A DNA stretch of 53,956 bases from a virus (lineage: Duplodnaviria > Caudoviricetes), in IMG/VR virus record IMGVR_UViG_3300032087_000093, positions 1-53,956 of that record; one strand, written 5' to 3'. The stretch's first letter is position 1. Each line of letters begins with the position of its first letter. Position numbers and translations under genes: made by a program. Below the pieces are notes generated by a model that saw only the letters and a program-made list of their open reading frames with translations, was not told where the DNA came from and did not search any database. This document shows positions 35,101-44,199 of the stretch, piece after piece.

Positions 35101-35657
35101 GCTGGTCCCGTAATTTTTGACGAGACGCCCGGACCACTCAAGTCAAGTTGCATCAGAGGCGGCAGACTTGCATTCTCTTGTAGAAGCGTGTTTTTAATTT
35201 CTGTTGTTGTACGGGGTGTACCACGAAAATTGTACAGAGGAATGTTGGGGTCAGGTGTATATTCAGAATTCAGATTAAACTTGTTGCCGTCCTGTCCCGG
35301 ATTGTAGCCCAAAGCGGTAGCAAGCTGTGTCCATTCCGGTCCCGGAGATTTTGTCGTCTCTGGCCCGAAGGACGTAGTGTACTCAATGTTACCGCTGCCG
35401 TCGCCCCACATATATGTGCGTACACCCAGCGCACGTTGTTGATCCAGAGCCTTGCGGTCTGCCGCTGCTGCAGCTACTGCAATTTCCTTCTGACCGATAA
35501 AACTCTGCTTTGCCGCCTCTACATCTATCGTGTCCTGTTTTTCTTGTGCTTTTGCAGCAGCCTCTGCCAGAACTTTAGCAGCAGCAGCCTCGTCGTCCTG
35601 CTTCTTCCTATATCCGCTGGCAACAAACAATCCCAGTTCTAATAAAGCTTTGCTCAT
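32166..35657 (-). CDS. internal virion (ejection) protein
   Basis: 1163 aa; N-terminal Ala/Lys helix, Thr/Val/Gly-rich middle, C-terminal GRTISDQD motif. Confidence 0.65.
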   Translation of the reverse strand: MSKALLELGLFVASGYRKKQDDEAAAAKVLAEAAAKAQEKQDTIDVEAAKQSFIGQKEIAVAAAAADRKALDQQRALGVRTYMWGDGSGNIEYTTSFGPETTKSPGPEWTQLATALGYNPGQDGNKFNLNSEYTPDPNIPLYNFRGTPRTTTEIKNTLLQENASLPPLMQLDLSGPGVSSKITGPAIGHTNRKNGPTIYSPEDVSVIRGYRTKQEFRTVDANNKIVQGPLTKVAPIARETGNKIQTVSYTVTASGEKTGGEETVSEFTGIRTGSDTIKSELITAVLPTKTGGTRTVTNVTDDELLVELNKLGLNKDDVVHYTYGIEKDKYTGEVIDRALKNSYTPPDVEVIESAVDMVLPDNTVLTDQDPADIALIARENGISPSAITVVDKEVKTVNGEITSSIVKGVTYGETRVAVGYITDANGSRVEITAPTQAGLERRFGRVSGFEFAGMGKRDSSGFVSLDNAVESREVELISGPDFTNVPIEDATQTQIESATSSRKGTISPTTGEVNVTGSETTLLGEAKIAASMNVPMKIKGTDVYLGAPADLDKGVQLARMNRNLNPDNLKQLVDEGQADEYINAFGPLVVSHLNLLDTQSREQTGQSLFRNKSLAAHVKSVYPRIFAVPGMQKYLTEIETTRIQNTISTVSDRLASLGAASDVPVVAVTSTNPTTIDEDNARENPVESGSSTTVVGGNIPAKYSSFVTKTLNPILIAVNDGVQNKTKLDIMDLMSKKYDQNGQPVMVDGVVAFERSQPILDAWIKMSSEKLPGAGNKTMFTTFVDAANGAAVKSADFEYMAGVFIGSGESLSDLVTAVTPLIGGVVGNPMNGTSFIPPDLKQAAMRNGIGEFSTRITEQNYQSLSTKQNSAYRVINLSNMMINTLFDYNANGGQGGYRGSVAVGDIELTVDGLFYLGSEGLSRVKTALNIGDAETLANEIKGNLNDYANSIYERYRADDPTAKPPNFDLPEEKAARREIERIIDDIAAEAADIKDDEVKRLYASRQLYIVSLAYELSATMQGGTGGRTISDQDVAIILKALRQKFTATPQSQVAVLEEIKRISQDIATDMDYQMSQNPQESAGYYFVKAMSAVNNDPRGYHRPINAATVASRIRGSGPEGVQVDDKVILDSLNMRRGPGDKYESIDDIPPELLETTRKRLQGN

Positions 35658-35658
35658 T

Positions 35659-36204
35659 CTACTCTACCTTATCTTTGGGCGTGTTAAGAAACGAAGCAGG
35701 GGATTCTGCTTGGGGGTATACGACTTCTACGGACGACTTCTCTTCTGCAGCCATACGTATATCCTCGTTTATCTTTTCGTTCATAGCTTTGTACAGTTCC
35801 GGATTGCGATCCTTCGCAATGTTAAAGAAGGTTGCATCCTCAACTTCACCCTCAGATACTTTCGGATCAACAAACATCTGTGGTTCGAAGCCCTCTTGAA
35901 GGGCCATGTCAACCAGAGCAATACCAAGTGCAGGCTTCATAAGTTCAGCAACGTCAGGGGTAACTGCCCCCGCCATGAACCCCTTGAAGGCAAGCTGCTC
36001 AACAATCTCCTCGACAGTGATGCCAGCCAACATCAGCTTGAGCATGTCGTCACGAGCAGGCCCATTCGATATCATCTCTAATGCGTGATCTATAGCATCA
36101 TCCGGATTCGGGAATTGTGGTGGCTGTTCCCACTTCCACTTGCCGGGTGGGTCTGTGAGAGAGTTGCCCGGAGGAACGGCTAGGGCTGTGATTTTGTCCA
36201 TCAT
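35659..36204 (-). CDS. conserved virion-module protein
   Basis: VPPGNSLTDPPGKWKWEQPPQF motif. Confidence 0.7.
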   Translation of the reverse strand: MMDKITALAVPPGNSLTDPPGKWKWEQPPQFPNPDDAIDHALEMISNGPARDDMLKLMLAGITVEEIVEQLAFKGFMAGAVTPDVAELMKPALGIALVDMALQEGFEPQMFVDPKVSEGEVEDATFFNIAKDRNPELYKAMNEKINEDIRMAAEEKSSVEVVYPQAESPASFLNTPKDKVE

Positions 36205-36815
36205 GCGCTTGTCAATCCTTTATACTGCCGTCGCTTTGCACTTGTGCTTTGTGCAAGTCCCGCAGTCGATACAGATGACGCTGCAGGCAGTCGTGAAGCA
36301 GCAGGCAAGCCCATCATGCGAACCTGCTTTGCCAGATACTGTTGCATAGCTTGGCTTTGTAATGCGGACGATACTTGTGAGCCATTGCCAATGGGAATCC
36401 TGCCGATTTGTCCCGGCTGAAAATTGCTGTCCGTTCGAATTCCGCTGGCTGTTATTTTGCCGGGGCTAATCGCTCTGTCAAACCGCTGTGCTGCACTCAA
36501 ACTTTGCACTGCCCCTATAGCCGCCTCTGCATCACTAGACTGGCCTATGCCCAAGAAGCTGCCGGTTTCTGTAATCGCTTTGCCTAGTGTTGACTGTCCG
36601 AATGAGGTGCTTTGAAAGGGCGTTATGTTGAACTTATTGAACACTCTTCCAGCAAAAGTATCATCGGTGTATGATGCACCTACGTAATCTCCTGCACCGC
36701 CATAGCCGCCTAAACTTTGCTCTCCAAAAAGATACCGACTGCCAAAGTAGCCCGCACCAGCCAATGCTGCTATCTTCAGCGTCTTACCGCCTACAAGCTT
36801 AGACAACCAACTCAT
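36201..36815 (-). CDS. putative internal virion protein (Gly/Ala/Ser-rich)
   Basis: Amphipathic MSWLSKLVGG start; position in the ejection-protein block. Confidence 0.6.
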   Translation of the reverse strand: MSWLSKLVGGKTLKIAALAGAGYFGSRYLFGEQSLGGYGGAGDYVGASYTDDTFAGRVFNKFNITPFQSTSFGQSTLGKAITETGSFLGIGQSSDAEAAIGAVQSLSAAQRFDRAISPGKITASGIRTDSNFQPGQIGRIPIGNGSQVSSALQSQAMQQYLAKQVRMMGLPAASRLPAASSVSTAGLAQSTSAKRRQYKGLTSA

Positions 36816-36818
36816 TAC

Positions 36819-38177
36819 TTATCTCCAGATTTTATCAATTATTTCATGCTTTAAGAAGTCATCATACTTTGTATCGTATGCTGCTTCGTTCGCAGCAATT
36901 GCCGCAGCCTGCATAGCGGCATTGTGTGCGCGATCCTTTGCATTTTCAGAAATCTTCATAGTCCACGCAGCTTTGTCGCGGTAGCGTTGCCACAGAGAAT
37001 TGAGGGCGTTCTGTTGAATGCCCAAAAGATTCAGAGCGTTCTGCCTGTTTGCTTCGTTCTGTGCGGCAGTGTTGCGTGTGTTTACAGTGCGTCTCCACAC
37101 AGCGTTGCTCTGGTCAATTTCAAGCTGCATGTTCGCATTGAATTGATCAGAGGCAGTTTCCATCTGTGCATTGAACTGCGCGATTGCAACCTTTTGGTTT
37201 GAATTGAATTGTTTAACAGCTATGTCACGGTTGATATTCGACGCCTCAATTGACGCGCCCATCTCTGCAAAGAACGTGTTAATTTCGTTTTCGGACTTGG
37301 CGTTGAATTGTTTGGCTGCATTGTCTGCAGCCTGATCAGCCAAAAGAGCCTGCAACTTAGACTGATATGTCAGGTTGTTGGACTGCTGCTCGTTCGTCAG
37401 ATTTTGCATATCCATGCTTAGGAATGCTTTGGCGTTGTTTACAGCGGCCTGTTGACGATTGTTCAAATTCGCCATGTCCATCTGTAAGACAGCAGCAGCA
37501 TTCTGCAGAGCGGCTTGCTGTTCATTGTTTAGATTTTGCAACTGAATCGTAGCGTACTTTTGTGCATCCTGCGCGGCAATCGGAATACCTGACTCCATCA
37601 TGGCTTGCATGGTGGCAGCAGCAGCCATAGAGGACGAACCCAAGCCACGAGACTGCATCATAGCAGTGACCTTGCGAACGGCAGGAGCAGCCCATGCGGG
37701 TGGGGGACCACCCTCTTCGATGCCCTTAAACAACTCTGCAAGTTGGTAACGAGTAGTTGCGCGAGGATCGAGTTCTTGGGTGGCAGCTTCGGCAAGGGCC
37801 TCTTTGGATACGACACCCTGCGCCGCAGTCATAATTGACCCTTCTGACAGTTGCCCTTTTGCTGCTTCTGCTTTGCCTACATCGGCTGCTTTTGTGGAGG
37901 TGTAGGATGCAGGATCAAATTCTTCCGGCTTTTCTTGATCTTCAGACTTAATAGCAGCGGGAGTTTGTACCTTTGTTGGATCATCAATCAACTTGTCCGT
38001 AGTTTTAAGTAATTCGTTGTCTTGAACGTCTTGATCTTCCGGCTCTATCTTTGTGCCGGTGGGCAGAGCCGGTTCTATGGGACTGCCATCGGCGTCCTTT
38101 GCGAGGCCCGCCTGCTTCTCCATAGATTCAACAACATCTTTATCCCTTTGAGAAATGTTTTCGTCTTCTTCTGCCAT
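36819..38177 (-). CDS. putative DNA-ejection protein with Gln/Asn/Ala-rich coiled-coil repeats
   Basis: Repeated NLNNxQQ and QFNA units. Confidence 0.65.
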   Translation of the reverse strand: MAEEDENISQRDKDVVESMEKQAGLAKDADGSPIEPALPTGTKIEPEDQDVQDNELLKTTDKLIDDPTKVQTPAAIKSEDQEKPEEFDPASYTSTKAADVGKAEAAKGQLSEGSIMTAAQGVVSKEALAEAATQELDPRATTRYQLAELFKGIEEGGPPPAWAAPAVRKVTAMMQSRGLGSSSMAAAATMQAMMESGIPIAAQDAQKYATIQLQNLNNEQQAALQNAAAVLQMDMANLNNRQQAAVNNAKAFLSMDMQNLTNEQQSNNLTYQSKLQALLADQAADNAAKQFNAKSENEINTFFAEMGASIEASNINRDIAVKQFNSNQKVAIAQFNAQMETASDQFNANMQLEIDQSNAVWRRTVNTRNTAAQNEANRQNALNLLGIQQNALNSLWQRYRDKAAWTMKISENAKDRAHNAAMQAAAIAANEAAYDTKYDDFLKHEIIDKIWR

Positions 38178-38389
38178 TACCTAAGTCCCATAAATACTGA
38201 TACCACCATTGCAATCACGAGCATGGTGCTACCCATAATCATCGCTTCCAGCCGCCACATGCGCTTGTCCAACGAGTCTAGCTTGCCATGAACCAACTCA
38301 CGGAACATGGCACACTCCTTCTCGTGCGCTTCTAGCTGCAACTGTGTCTTGAGTTCCTGTTCCATGCGAGGTTCCGTGGTGAGTTTCAT
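38177..38389 (-). CDS. small coiled-coil membrane protein
   Basis: HEKEC motif, coiled coil, C-terminal transmembrane helix. Confidence 0.7.
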   Translation of the reverse strand: MKLTTEPRMEQELKTQLQLEAHEKECAMFRELVHGKLDSLDKRMWRLEAMIMGSTMLVIAMVVSVFMGLR

Positions 38390-39594
38390 TATTCAGCAGC
38401 TTCCAGTGCGGTCAGTCGTGTCTCAAGGTCGGCACGTTGCGTCTCAAGTGCTGTGATTTTTGCTTGCTGTTCTTTGATTGCGGCAGTCAGCAGAGGAATG
38501 ATGTCTGTGTATTGTAACCCAAGCGTTCCAATATCGTCATCCTGTACGTTTACAGCTTCTGGCAAAACCGCTTGTACATCCTGTGCAATCAAAAACACAC
38601 GGCGGGTATTTTCTTCATCTGCTTTGTATTTACCAATAACAGACCGAAGTGATGAAATCTTTTCAACTGCATCTGTAATGGGTTCAATAATGTCTTTGAC
38701 TCGTTCGTCAGATGTTGCTGTCCAGCTTGTGGCACCGTTGACCATATACTGACCAACATTATCACTATCCCGCACAATGTAAAAAAGATTGCCGCCTGAT
38801 TGGGTTCCAACACCCCATCTCGTTGCACCAGTCAAAATCAGGTTTGAATTTGTTGAGTTTGTTGTAGAACCCACCAGCAAGTCGCCGCTGCTGTCGATGC
38901 GCATGCGTTCGGAGGCACCAAAGTGAAAACTAAACGCATTGTCTGCATCTTTAACACGCAACTCTGCATAATCAGAACCACCTTGAAGTCTAATATTGCT
39001 TTCAGATGCGTTATTAATGTGCAGTTGACGACTAGGCGAACTCGTGCCAATGCCCACATTCCCGCCGCTTGTGATGCGCATATGTTCAGTAGAGCCAGCA
39101 GCATTGCGAAATAGTTTATTTTCAGCGTTTAAAAAAATATCACCGCCTGTATCAGCGGTAATATTAAAAATTCCGCTGTTTGTACCACCCGTAGTAATTG
39201 TATGGGTTGCCCCTACTCCACGACTAGATACGAAATTTACAGTAGCATCTGTGGATGATACATCCACGCCTGTGCTGGTGGTGGCGAGTTTGGCGGAGTT
39301 ATCATGATACAAAGTGATTGCGCCATCAGTATTAAAGGTAGCAAGTGTTTCTAATCCAGACTTTTGAAACTCAATAGAAGTACCGTCTGTATCTAGTATT
39401 AACTTACCAGTTCCATTGTCTTTGATTACGGAATTTGACCCATCATGATAAATCTGCAAGTCATTACCTGCACCAAACTGGACCTTGCCATTGTCCGCAA
39501 CGGACATGTCATTTGACAACACAATGTCATCAAGTGTCAGGGTGCCGGTGATGTCCTTATCTGCACCGTCAGCTAGGTCTCTTGCTCGTGTCAT
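38389..39594 (-). CDS. tail fibre with peptidase S74 intramolecular chaperone
   Basis: ERMRIDSSG repeats; TSDERVK...LIAQDV...AAIKEQ chaperone motifs. Confidence 0.88.
   Translation of the reverse strand: MTRARDLADGADKDITGTLTLDDIVLSNDMSVADNGKVQFGAGNDLQIYHDGSNSVIKDNGTGKLILDTDGTSIEFQKSGLETLATFNTDGAITLYHDNSAKLATTSTGVDVSSTDATVNFVSSRGVGATHTITTGGTNSGIFNITADTGGDIFLNAENKLFRNAAGSTEHMRITSGGNVGIGTSSPSRQLHINNASESNIRLQGGSDYAELRVKDADNAFSFHFGASERMRIDSSGDLLVGSTTNSTNSNLILTGATRWGVGTQSGGNLFYIVRDSDNVGQYMVNGATSWTATSDERVKDIIEPITDAVEKISSLRSVIGKYKADEENTRRVFLIAQDVQAVLPEAVNVQDDDIGTLGLQYTDIIPLLTAAIKEQQAKITALETQRADLETRLTALEAAE
38870..38910. repeat. 41-bp tail-fibre junction repeat, copy 1
   Basis: cccaccagcaagtcgccgctgctgtcgatgcgcatgcgttc. 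Confidence 0.9.
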
Positions 39595-41525
39595 TCTGCG
39601 TTCTCCAGTGCGGTAAGTCGTGTCTCAAGTTCTTGGATGGTTGCCACAAGTAGTGGCACCAGCTTTGACTGGTCAATGCCCTGATAAACAGGGTTGCCAT
39701 CATCATCGACTTCGTTGTGTGCGCCTGTAATTGCTTCCGGCACAACGGTCTGCACTTCATGTGCGAGGAAGCCGTCAACGGTTGTGTCGGCGTCTGCAAT
39801 GAAGTTGAAGCGGACAGGGTTGAGTTGCTTGAGGCGTGTTGTTGCGCCTGTCATATCAACTACGTTTTCTTTTAGGCGGTGGTCTGAGGATGTGTTATAG
39901 GCTGTTGCTGAAGCGGTTACTGATATGGAACCCACAGTGGTGTTGTCTTTGCGGAATAATGCAATGTCGCCGTCACTGCTTCGGCGGTTCAAAAGCAATG
40001 GTGCATCATTGTTTCGGGTTGCGACCAAAACATTACTTCTATTCAACTCAATGCCATCGGTAGCTGTATTCTCTACCGTTTTTCCAGTCATTACCGTGCC
40101 ATTGCTGTCGATGCGCATACGTTCTGTTGCGGTATTACCATACTCACCTGTGTAAAACCTAATTGGACTGGAGGCATGACCGCTTGTAATACCCAAGCTA
40201 CCTGCCGATGCTGTGTTGCCTGAGATAGAAGATTGCCCACTTAGAAAAGCGGTGCCAGAGAGGTAGAGGTCTTTCCAGCGAGTGCCACCCGCACCCAAGT
40301 CGAGAGCATTGTCCCAACCTGCACCAGTGCTGTTGTTCGCAGGGTCGACGCTGTAACCAGTGCCAACTTTTAAGCCGCCATATGTCGGGTTTTTGAAGAA
40401 TGGTCTGCCGCCGTTGGTGCCAATACTCCCCACAGTAACGTCATCTTTGCGTAAATTAATTATTTTCCCGTCATTGGTTGTTCTATTAAGGTCTAATGCA
40501 ATGTTACTATCTACAGAAATTCCTGTTTCACCTGTAGGTCTTACATCAAATCCATTTGTGTCAACTCCAATTGCAGTCTTTCCCACCAGCAAGTTGCCGC
40601 TGCTGTCGATGCGCATGCGTTCTGCTTGTCCATTAGTGCCAAATTGCATTGAATTGTCAGAATGGTCATATCTGATGCGTCCTGCGGCAGAATCGCCATT
40701 ATCTGCAAAAAACAAACTTGCTTTGCTAGTATTGCCAGCGCCTATTGTAATGCCAGCGTCACCAGAACCTTCAACAAACAATTCGTCACCAGAACTGGCT
40801 ACCGAAGAGCCTGATGAAGCGGTTTGGATATGTGCTTTTGCACTAAGCGAACTCGTCCCGATGCCCACGCCGCCACCAGCATCTAGGATAATATCAAAGT
40901 TAGTATCAATCGTTACATCAGTGCTTGCAGTTGCGTTTGTTATTGTATCAACAGCTAGACTGCCTGTCACTTGCGCGCCAAAAGAAGCGGTGGCGAGTTT
41001 TTTAGCACTATCGTAGTAAAGTTCTGCGGCACCATCTGGCACAGCCGCAATCATTGTTTCAGTATTTGCGGGATTAGACACAATAAAGTTCTGCGCTAAT
41101 ATCTTTAAATTTCCCGTACCTTGATCACTTAGAAAAGATGTAGACCCATCATGAAAAATCTGCAGGTCAGACCCAGCACCGAAGATGGCCTTGTCGTTGT
41201 CGCCAAGTGTTAGGTCACCGCCACTAATGTTGAAGTCACCGTTTACACTGCCACCAAACACACTGAATGTATCGTACACGACAATCTCAACCACATCCGA
41301 TGCAGTCAGGGCAGCAAGGCTACTGATTGTATTCGTTGATGGCGTGGCTGTGTAATCTGTGCCACTTACGAGGGCAACACCATTCAGGCTCACGTCTACG
41401 TAGTTCGCATCCGTGAACGACAGGCCAGTCACCTGTGCTGGCGCAAGCGAAGTCTCACCGCCTGACGCAGTGAAGTAGTATCGACTGCGTACAGCCTGAG
41501 ATGGTGTTTTACCCAAGTATGCCAT
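39591..41525 (-). CDS. tail fibre with peptidase S74 intramolecular chaperone
   Basis: MAYLGKTP N-terminus; ERMRIDS repeats; SSDHRLKEN...GFLAHEVQ...IDQSKLVPLL. Confidence 0.9.
   Translation of the reverse strand: MAYLGKTPSQAVRSRYYFTASGGETSLAPAQVTGLSFTDANYVDVSLNGVALVSGTDYTATPSTNTISSLAALTASDVVEIVVYDTFSVFGGSVNGDFNISGGDLTLGDNDKAIFGAGSDLQIFHDGSTSFLSDQGTGNLKILAQNFIVSNPANTETMIAAVPDGAAELYYDSAKKLATASFGAQVTGSLAVDTITNATASTDVTIDTNFDIILDAGGGVGIGTSSLSAKAHIQTASSGSSVASSGDELFVEGSGDAGITIGAGNTSKASLFFADNGDSAAGRIRYDHSDNSMQFGTNGQAERMRIDSSGNLLVGKTAIGVDTNGFDVRPTGETGISVDSNIALDLNRTTNDGKIINLRKDDVTVGSIGTNGGRPFFKNPTYGGLKVGTGYSVDPANNSTGAGWDNALDLGAGGTRWKDLYLSGTAFLSGQSSISGNTASAGSLGITSGHASSPIRFYTGEYGNTATERMRIDSNGTVMTGKTVENTATDGIELNRSNVLVATRNNDAPLLLNRRSSDGDIALFRKDNTTVGSISVTASATAYNTSSDHRLKENVVDMTGATTRLKQLNPVRFNFIADADTTVDGFLAHEVQTVVPEAITGAHNEVDDDGNPVYQGIDQSKLVPLLVATIQELETRLTALENAE
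40582..40622. repeat. 41-bp tail-fibre junction repeat, copy 2
   Basis: 1 mismatch to copy 1. Confidence 0.9.
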
Positions 41526-41526
41526 G

Positions 41527-41751
41527 TTATGCTACCTCTGCAGCTTCTTCCTCGTCAGTCTGCTCTTGTACAGACTTGATAAGTTCATTGGTGAACACGT
41601 TCTGTGCAGCTTGCACTTGGTCGAGTTCAAAGCGAATGTTCGCAGACTTGTTCTGACATGACCGAATCTGGTTAATCAGATAGGTCTGCTGCTCATTCAT
41701 GTCTTCCGGCGCATAGTCCTTGCCGTCGATTGTGATTACATTCTCAGTCAT
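41527..41751 (-). CDS. small coiled-coil tail-fibre-associated protein
   Basis: ITIDGKDY motif; AAGGAG RBS. Confidence 0.7.
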   Translation of the reverse strand: MTENVITIDGKDYAPEDMNEQQTYLINQIRSCQNKSANIRFELDQVQAAQNVFTNELIKSVQEQTDEEEAAEVA

Positions 41752-41760
41752 AGTTACTCC

Positions 41761-42117
41761 TTACCATCCAGACGGAAGACGATTACCCATTGCTGGGGAT
41801 GCCATTTCCGTGATTTGTGCATCAAGACTTGCCTGTACCTCTGCCTCTGTCTGGGCGAGATGTTCAAGTGTCTTGGTCTTGCACCAGTCTTTTGTCACGC
41901 TGTTGAACGTAACGAAGTCGGGGTCATCTGCTTCGGGCGTTGTAAGACCTGCTGTGCCATACATGCTGGCTGTCAGGTAGTTGCCGTCTGCGTCTTGTTC
42001 AGAGTCACTGACTGCTGTTACACGCCAGTGAATAGTTGAAATCACGTCGTCGTGACCATTCTGTGCAGTGTTGTGGACATCCAGTGTAGGGAAGTCCCAT
42101 GTGTATGTATTGGCCAT
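41761..42117 (-). CDS. tail-fibre-associated protein
   Basis: YTW...DVISTIHW...FVTFNSVTKDWC...PSGW pattern typical of fibre-linked small proteins. Confidence 0.7.
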   Translation of the reverse strand: MANTYTWDFPTLDVHNTAQNGHDDVISTIHWRVTAVSDSEQDADGNYLTASMYGTAGLTTPEADDPDFVTFNSVTKDWCKTKTLEHLAQTEAEVQASLDAQITEMASPAMGNRLPSGW

Positions 42118-42129
42118 CGTAAAACTCCT

Positions 42130-43821
42130 TTAACAAGCCATCAGGACGCAAGGCACAAGGTAGCTGCCATCGTCATAGGTATGTGAAACATTGGTGCTGG
42201 TCACCTTTGCAATCGTCTTGCTGCGAACAATGTCGTCGCCCTGCGGCTTGGCTGTGCCGTCACCTGCCGACATCAGCAAGTCGCCTCGTGCCACTGTCGT
42301 GCCGCTGGCAATACGGATGACCATATCGCCGGTCATTGCGATGTTCATGTCGGCGGTGTAGTCAGTATCGTCATCATCCCAGTTGACGAACACGCCAGCC
42401 ACATTGGCATCACCCTCGACAGACGACACAGCCATACAGTTAAGCTGCTCGTTGTCTTCGGTCACGCCGTCCTTTGTCCACTCTGCCATCTGGTCAAGGT
42501 TGGTCATTACAGTGCCTTTAACAAGGCCATCTATGCGATTGCCGTCAGTGGCTTGTGACCAGCGGGATAGGTGACCACCGTTGTACGATACGGTTGTGCC
42601 AGATATAGAAATGGTTCCTTCTGTTGTATCTGCGTGTCTAAATTGAGCAAGGATTCCATCAGAAGACTGTCTGTTCAAATATAGAACAGGGTCGCCACTA
42701 TTCGTAGCAGACACAAACCCTTCATTAGTTCCTATACCGATTGATACGCCATTAGTTGAAGATGCAGATACAGTCTTTCCAAACAGCACGTTATTAGTTT
42801 CAATACGCATACGTTCTGTGCCATCAGTGCCGATTACTATGGGGTTTGAACCTGTGCTTGTAATGCCACCTGTAGAACCTAAAACATCAGCACCAGTAAA
42901 AACAGGGTATGTGCCGCGTGACCTAGTAGAACCTGATAATTCTAGGTTTTTGAAGCGGTGAGAAGGGTCGCCAAGACTGATTGCATTATCTCTTGATGCA
43001 GGTCCAGATGGGTTCCACGGTATAATATAGTCAGAACCGCCAGCAAACAATACACCGACATCATCATTTCCAATGAATAGGTCACCGACGTTGTCAGTCC
43101 CAATACTCCCCACTTTGGTGCCGTCTTTTTTAAATGTTGCAATCTCACCATCAGATGATTTGCGGTTTCCAACGAAAGGAGCGTACCCGCTTACACTTGA
43201 TTGAAGTTGACCAACAGCAGTTAAAGAATGACCCACTATATTATTATCAGCAGGATAGACATTAGTGCCACCCACCAGCAGATTGCCGCTGCTGTCGATG
43301 CGCATGCGTTCTGAGGATGCACCACCGCCACTATTGGTGTGAAAAGTTAACTGAGTGCTTCCACCTCCGCTATAAGAGCCAACAGTAGCAAGACCACTGT
43401 CTGTTTCATAGTAAAGCTGAATGCCGTTTACGGAGCCTGTCGTGTCGAACGATGCGGTGCTGCCAGAGATACCTATCTGGCCGCTGCTGTCGATGCGGGC
43501 GGCTTCTGCATTTGCTGTGTAAAAGCGTGTAGCAGTATTTGTTCCACCTAAGAAAAACTCATCACCACTAAGCCCAACCCAAGCCTTTTTAGTGTTGCTG
43601 TCAGTTTCACTCAATATAAGCAGTGGTCTTGTGCCGGAAATATCAACTACAGGGCTGCTGCTACCACTGAAACTAGAACCGTCAGGAGACGCGGTGCCTA
43701 TTCCCACGTTATTATTGGTCGAATCAACGACAAGCGTAGTGCCGTCAATCTGAGCATCGCCAGTGACAGTCAGTTCATCTGCCGTGTTGAACCGTGTGAT
43801 GCCAGCACCAATGTAACCCAT
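42130..43821 (-). CDS. tail fibre with variant C-terminal chaperone
   Basis: MGYIG start; (E/A)(R/A)MRIDSSG-like repeats; SYNGGHLSRW...GDLLMSAGDGTAKPQ...VPCVL. Confidence 0.85.
   Translation of the reverse strand: MGYIGAGITRFNTADELTVTGDAQIDGTTLVVDSTNNNVGIGTASPDGSSFSGSSSPVVDISGTRPLLILSETDSNTKKAWVGLSGDEFFLGGTNTATRFYTANAEAARIDSSGQIGISGSTASFDTTGSVNGIQLYYETDSGLATVGSYSGGGSTQLTFHTNSGGGASSERMRIDSSGNLLVGGTNVYPADNNIVGHSLTAVGQLQSSVSGYAPFVGNRKSSDGEIATFKKDGTKVGSIGTDNVGDLFIGNDDVGVLFAGGSDYIIPWNPSGPASRDNAISLGDPSHRFKNLELSGSTRSRGTYPVFTGADVLGSTGGITSTGSNPIVIGTDGTERMRIETNNVLFGKTVSASSTNGVSIGIGTNEGFVSATNSGDPVLYLNRQSSDGILAQFRHADTTEGTISISGTTVSYNGGHLSRWSQATDGNRIDGLVKGTVMTNLDQMAEWTKDGVTEDNEQLNCMAVSSVEGDANVAGVFVNWDDDDTDYTADMNIAMTGDMVIRIASGTTVARGDLLMSAGDGTAKPQGDDIVRSKTIAKVTSTNVSHTYDDGSYLVPCVLMAC
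43271..43311. repeat. 41-bp tail-fibre junction repeat, copy 3
   Basis: 2 mismatches to copy 2. Confidence 0.9.
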
Positions 43822-44150
43822 CAGGTAATCTCCAAGATTGACAGAGCCACGTCAGCAGATGATGCCGTGTTGCTCGTTACTTTCAATACGTCACTTGCGT
43901 TCATCACAACCTTTTGTTCACCCCCAACGACAACAAGGCTACTACCCACCGGAACGGGTGCAGCCTTGATGAGATATACGTTGTCGCCGTCATTGTTCTC
44001 AAGCTGCACATCCACCTCAATCTGTGAGGACACGATGTTGGCAACAGTGAGGCCAATGATGGTGGTTTCGGTTGCTGATGCACCGGTGTGTACAGTGGCA
44101 GCAGATGTGCCTACACCGGTGTCAGTAACGAGTTTAAATGCGTTTGCCAT
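43821..44150 (-). CDS. small beta-rich tail-associated structural protein
   Basis: MANAFK...SILEIT pattern common before marine podovirus fibres. Confidence 0.7.
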   Translation of the reverse strand: MANAFKLVTDTGVGTSAATVHTGASATETTIIGLTVANIVSSQIEVDVQLENNDGDNVYLIKAAPVPVGSSLVVVGGEQKVVMNASDVLKVTSNTASSADVALSILEIT

Positions 44151-44170
44151 AGCTAACCCTCTTCGGATAC

Positions 44171-44199
44171 ATTATAGATTATTTTTAGCAGGTTGTCAA
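44171..44199 (-). promoter_or_regulatory. perfect-consensus sigma70 promoter for the tail-fibre cassette
   Basis: TTGACA-17 nt-TATAAT. Confidence 0.8.

Noticed and set aside
38870-43311. Tail-fibre repeats as a diversity-generating retroelement or invertible shufflon
   Set aside because: No reverse transcriptase gene, no adenine-specific template/variable pair, and all copies are direct repeats within intact same-strand genes.
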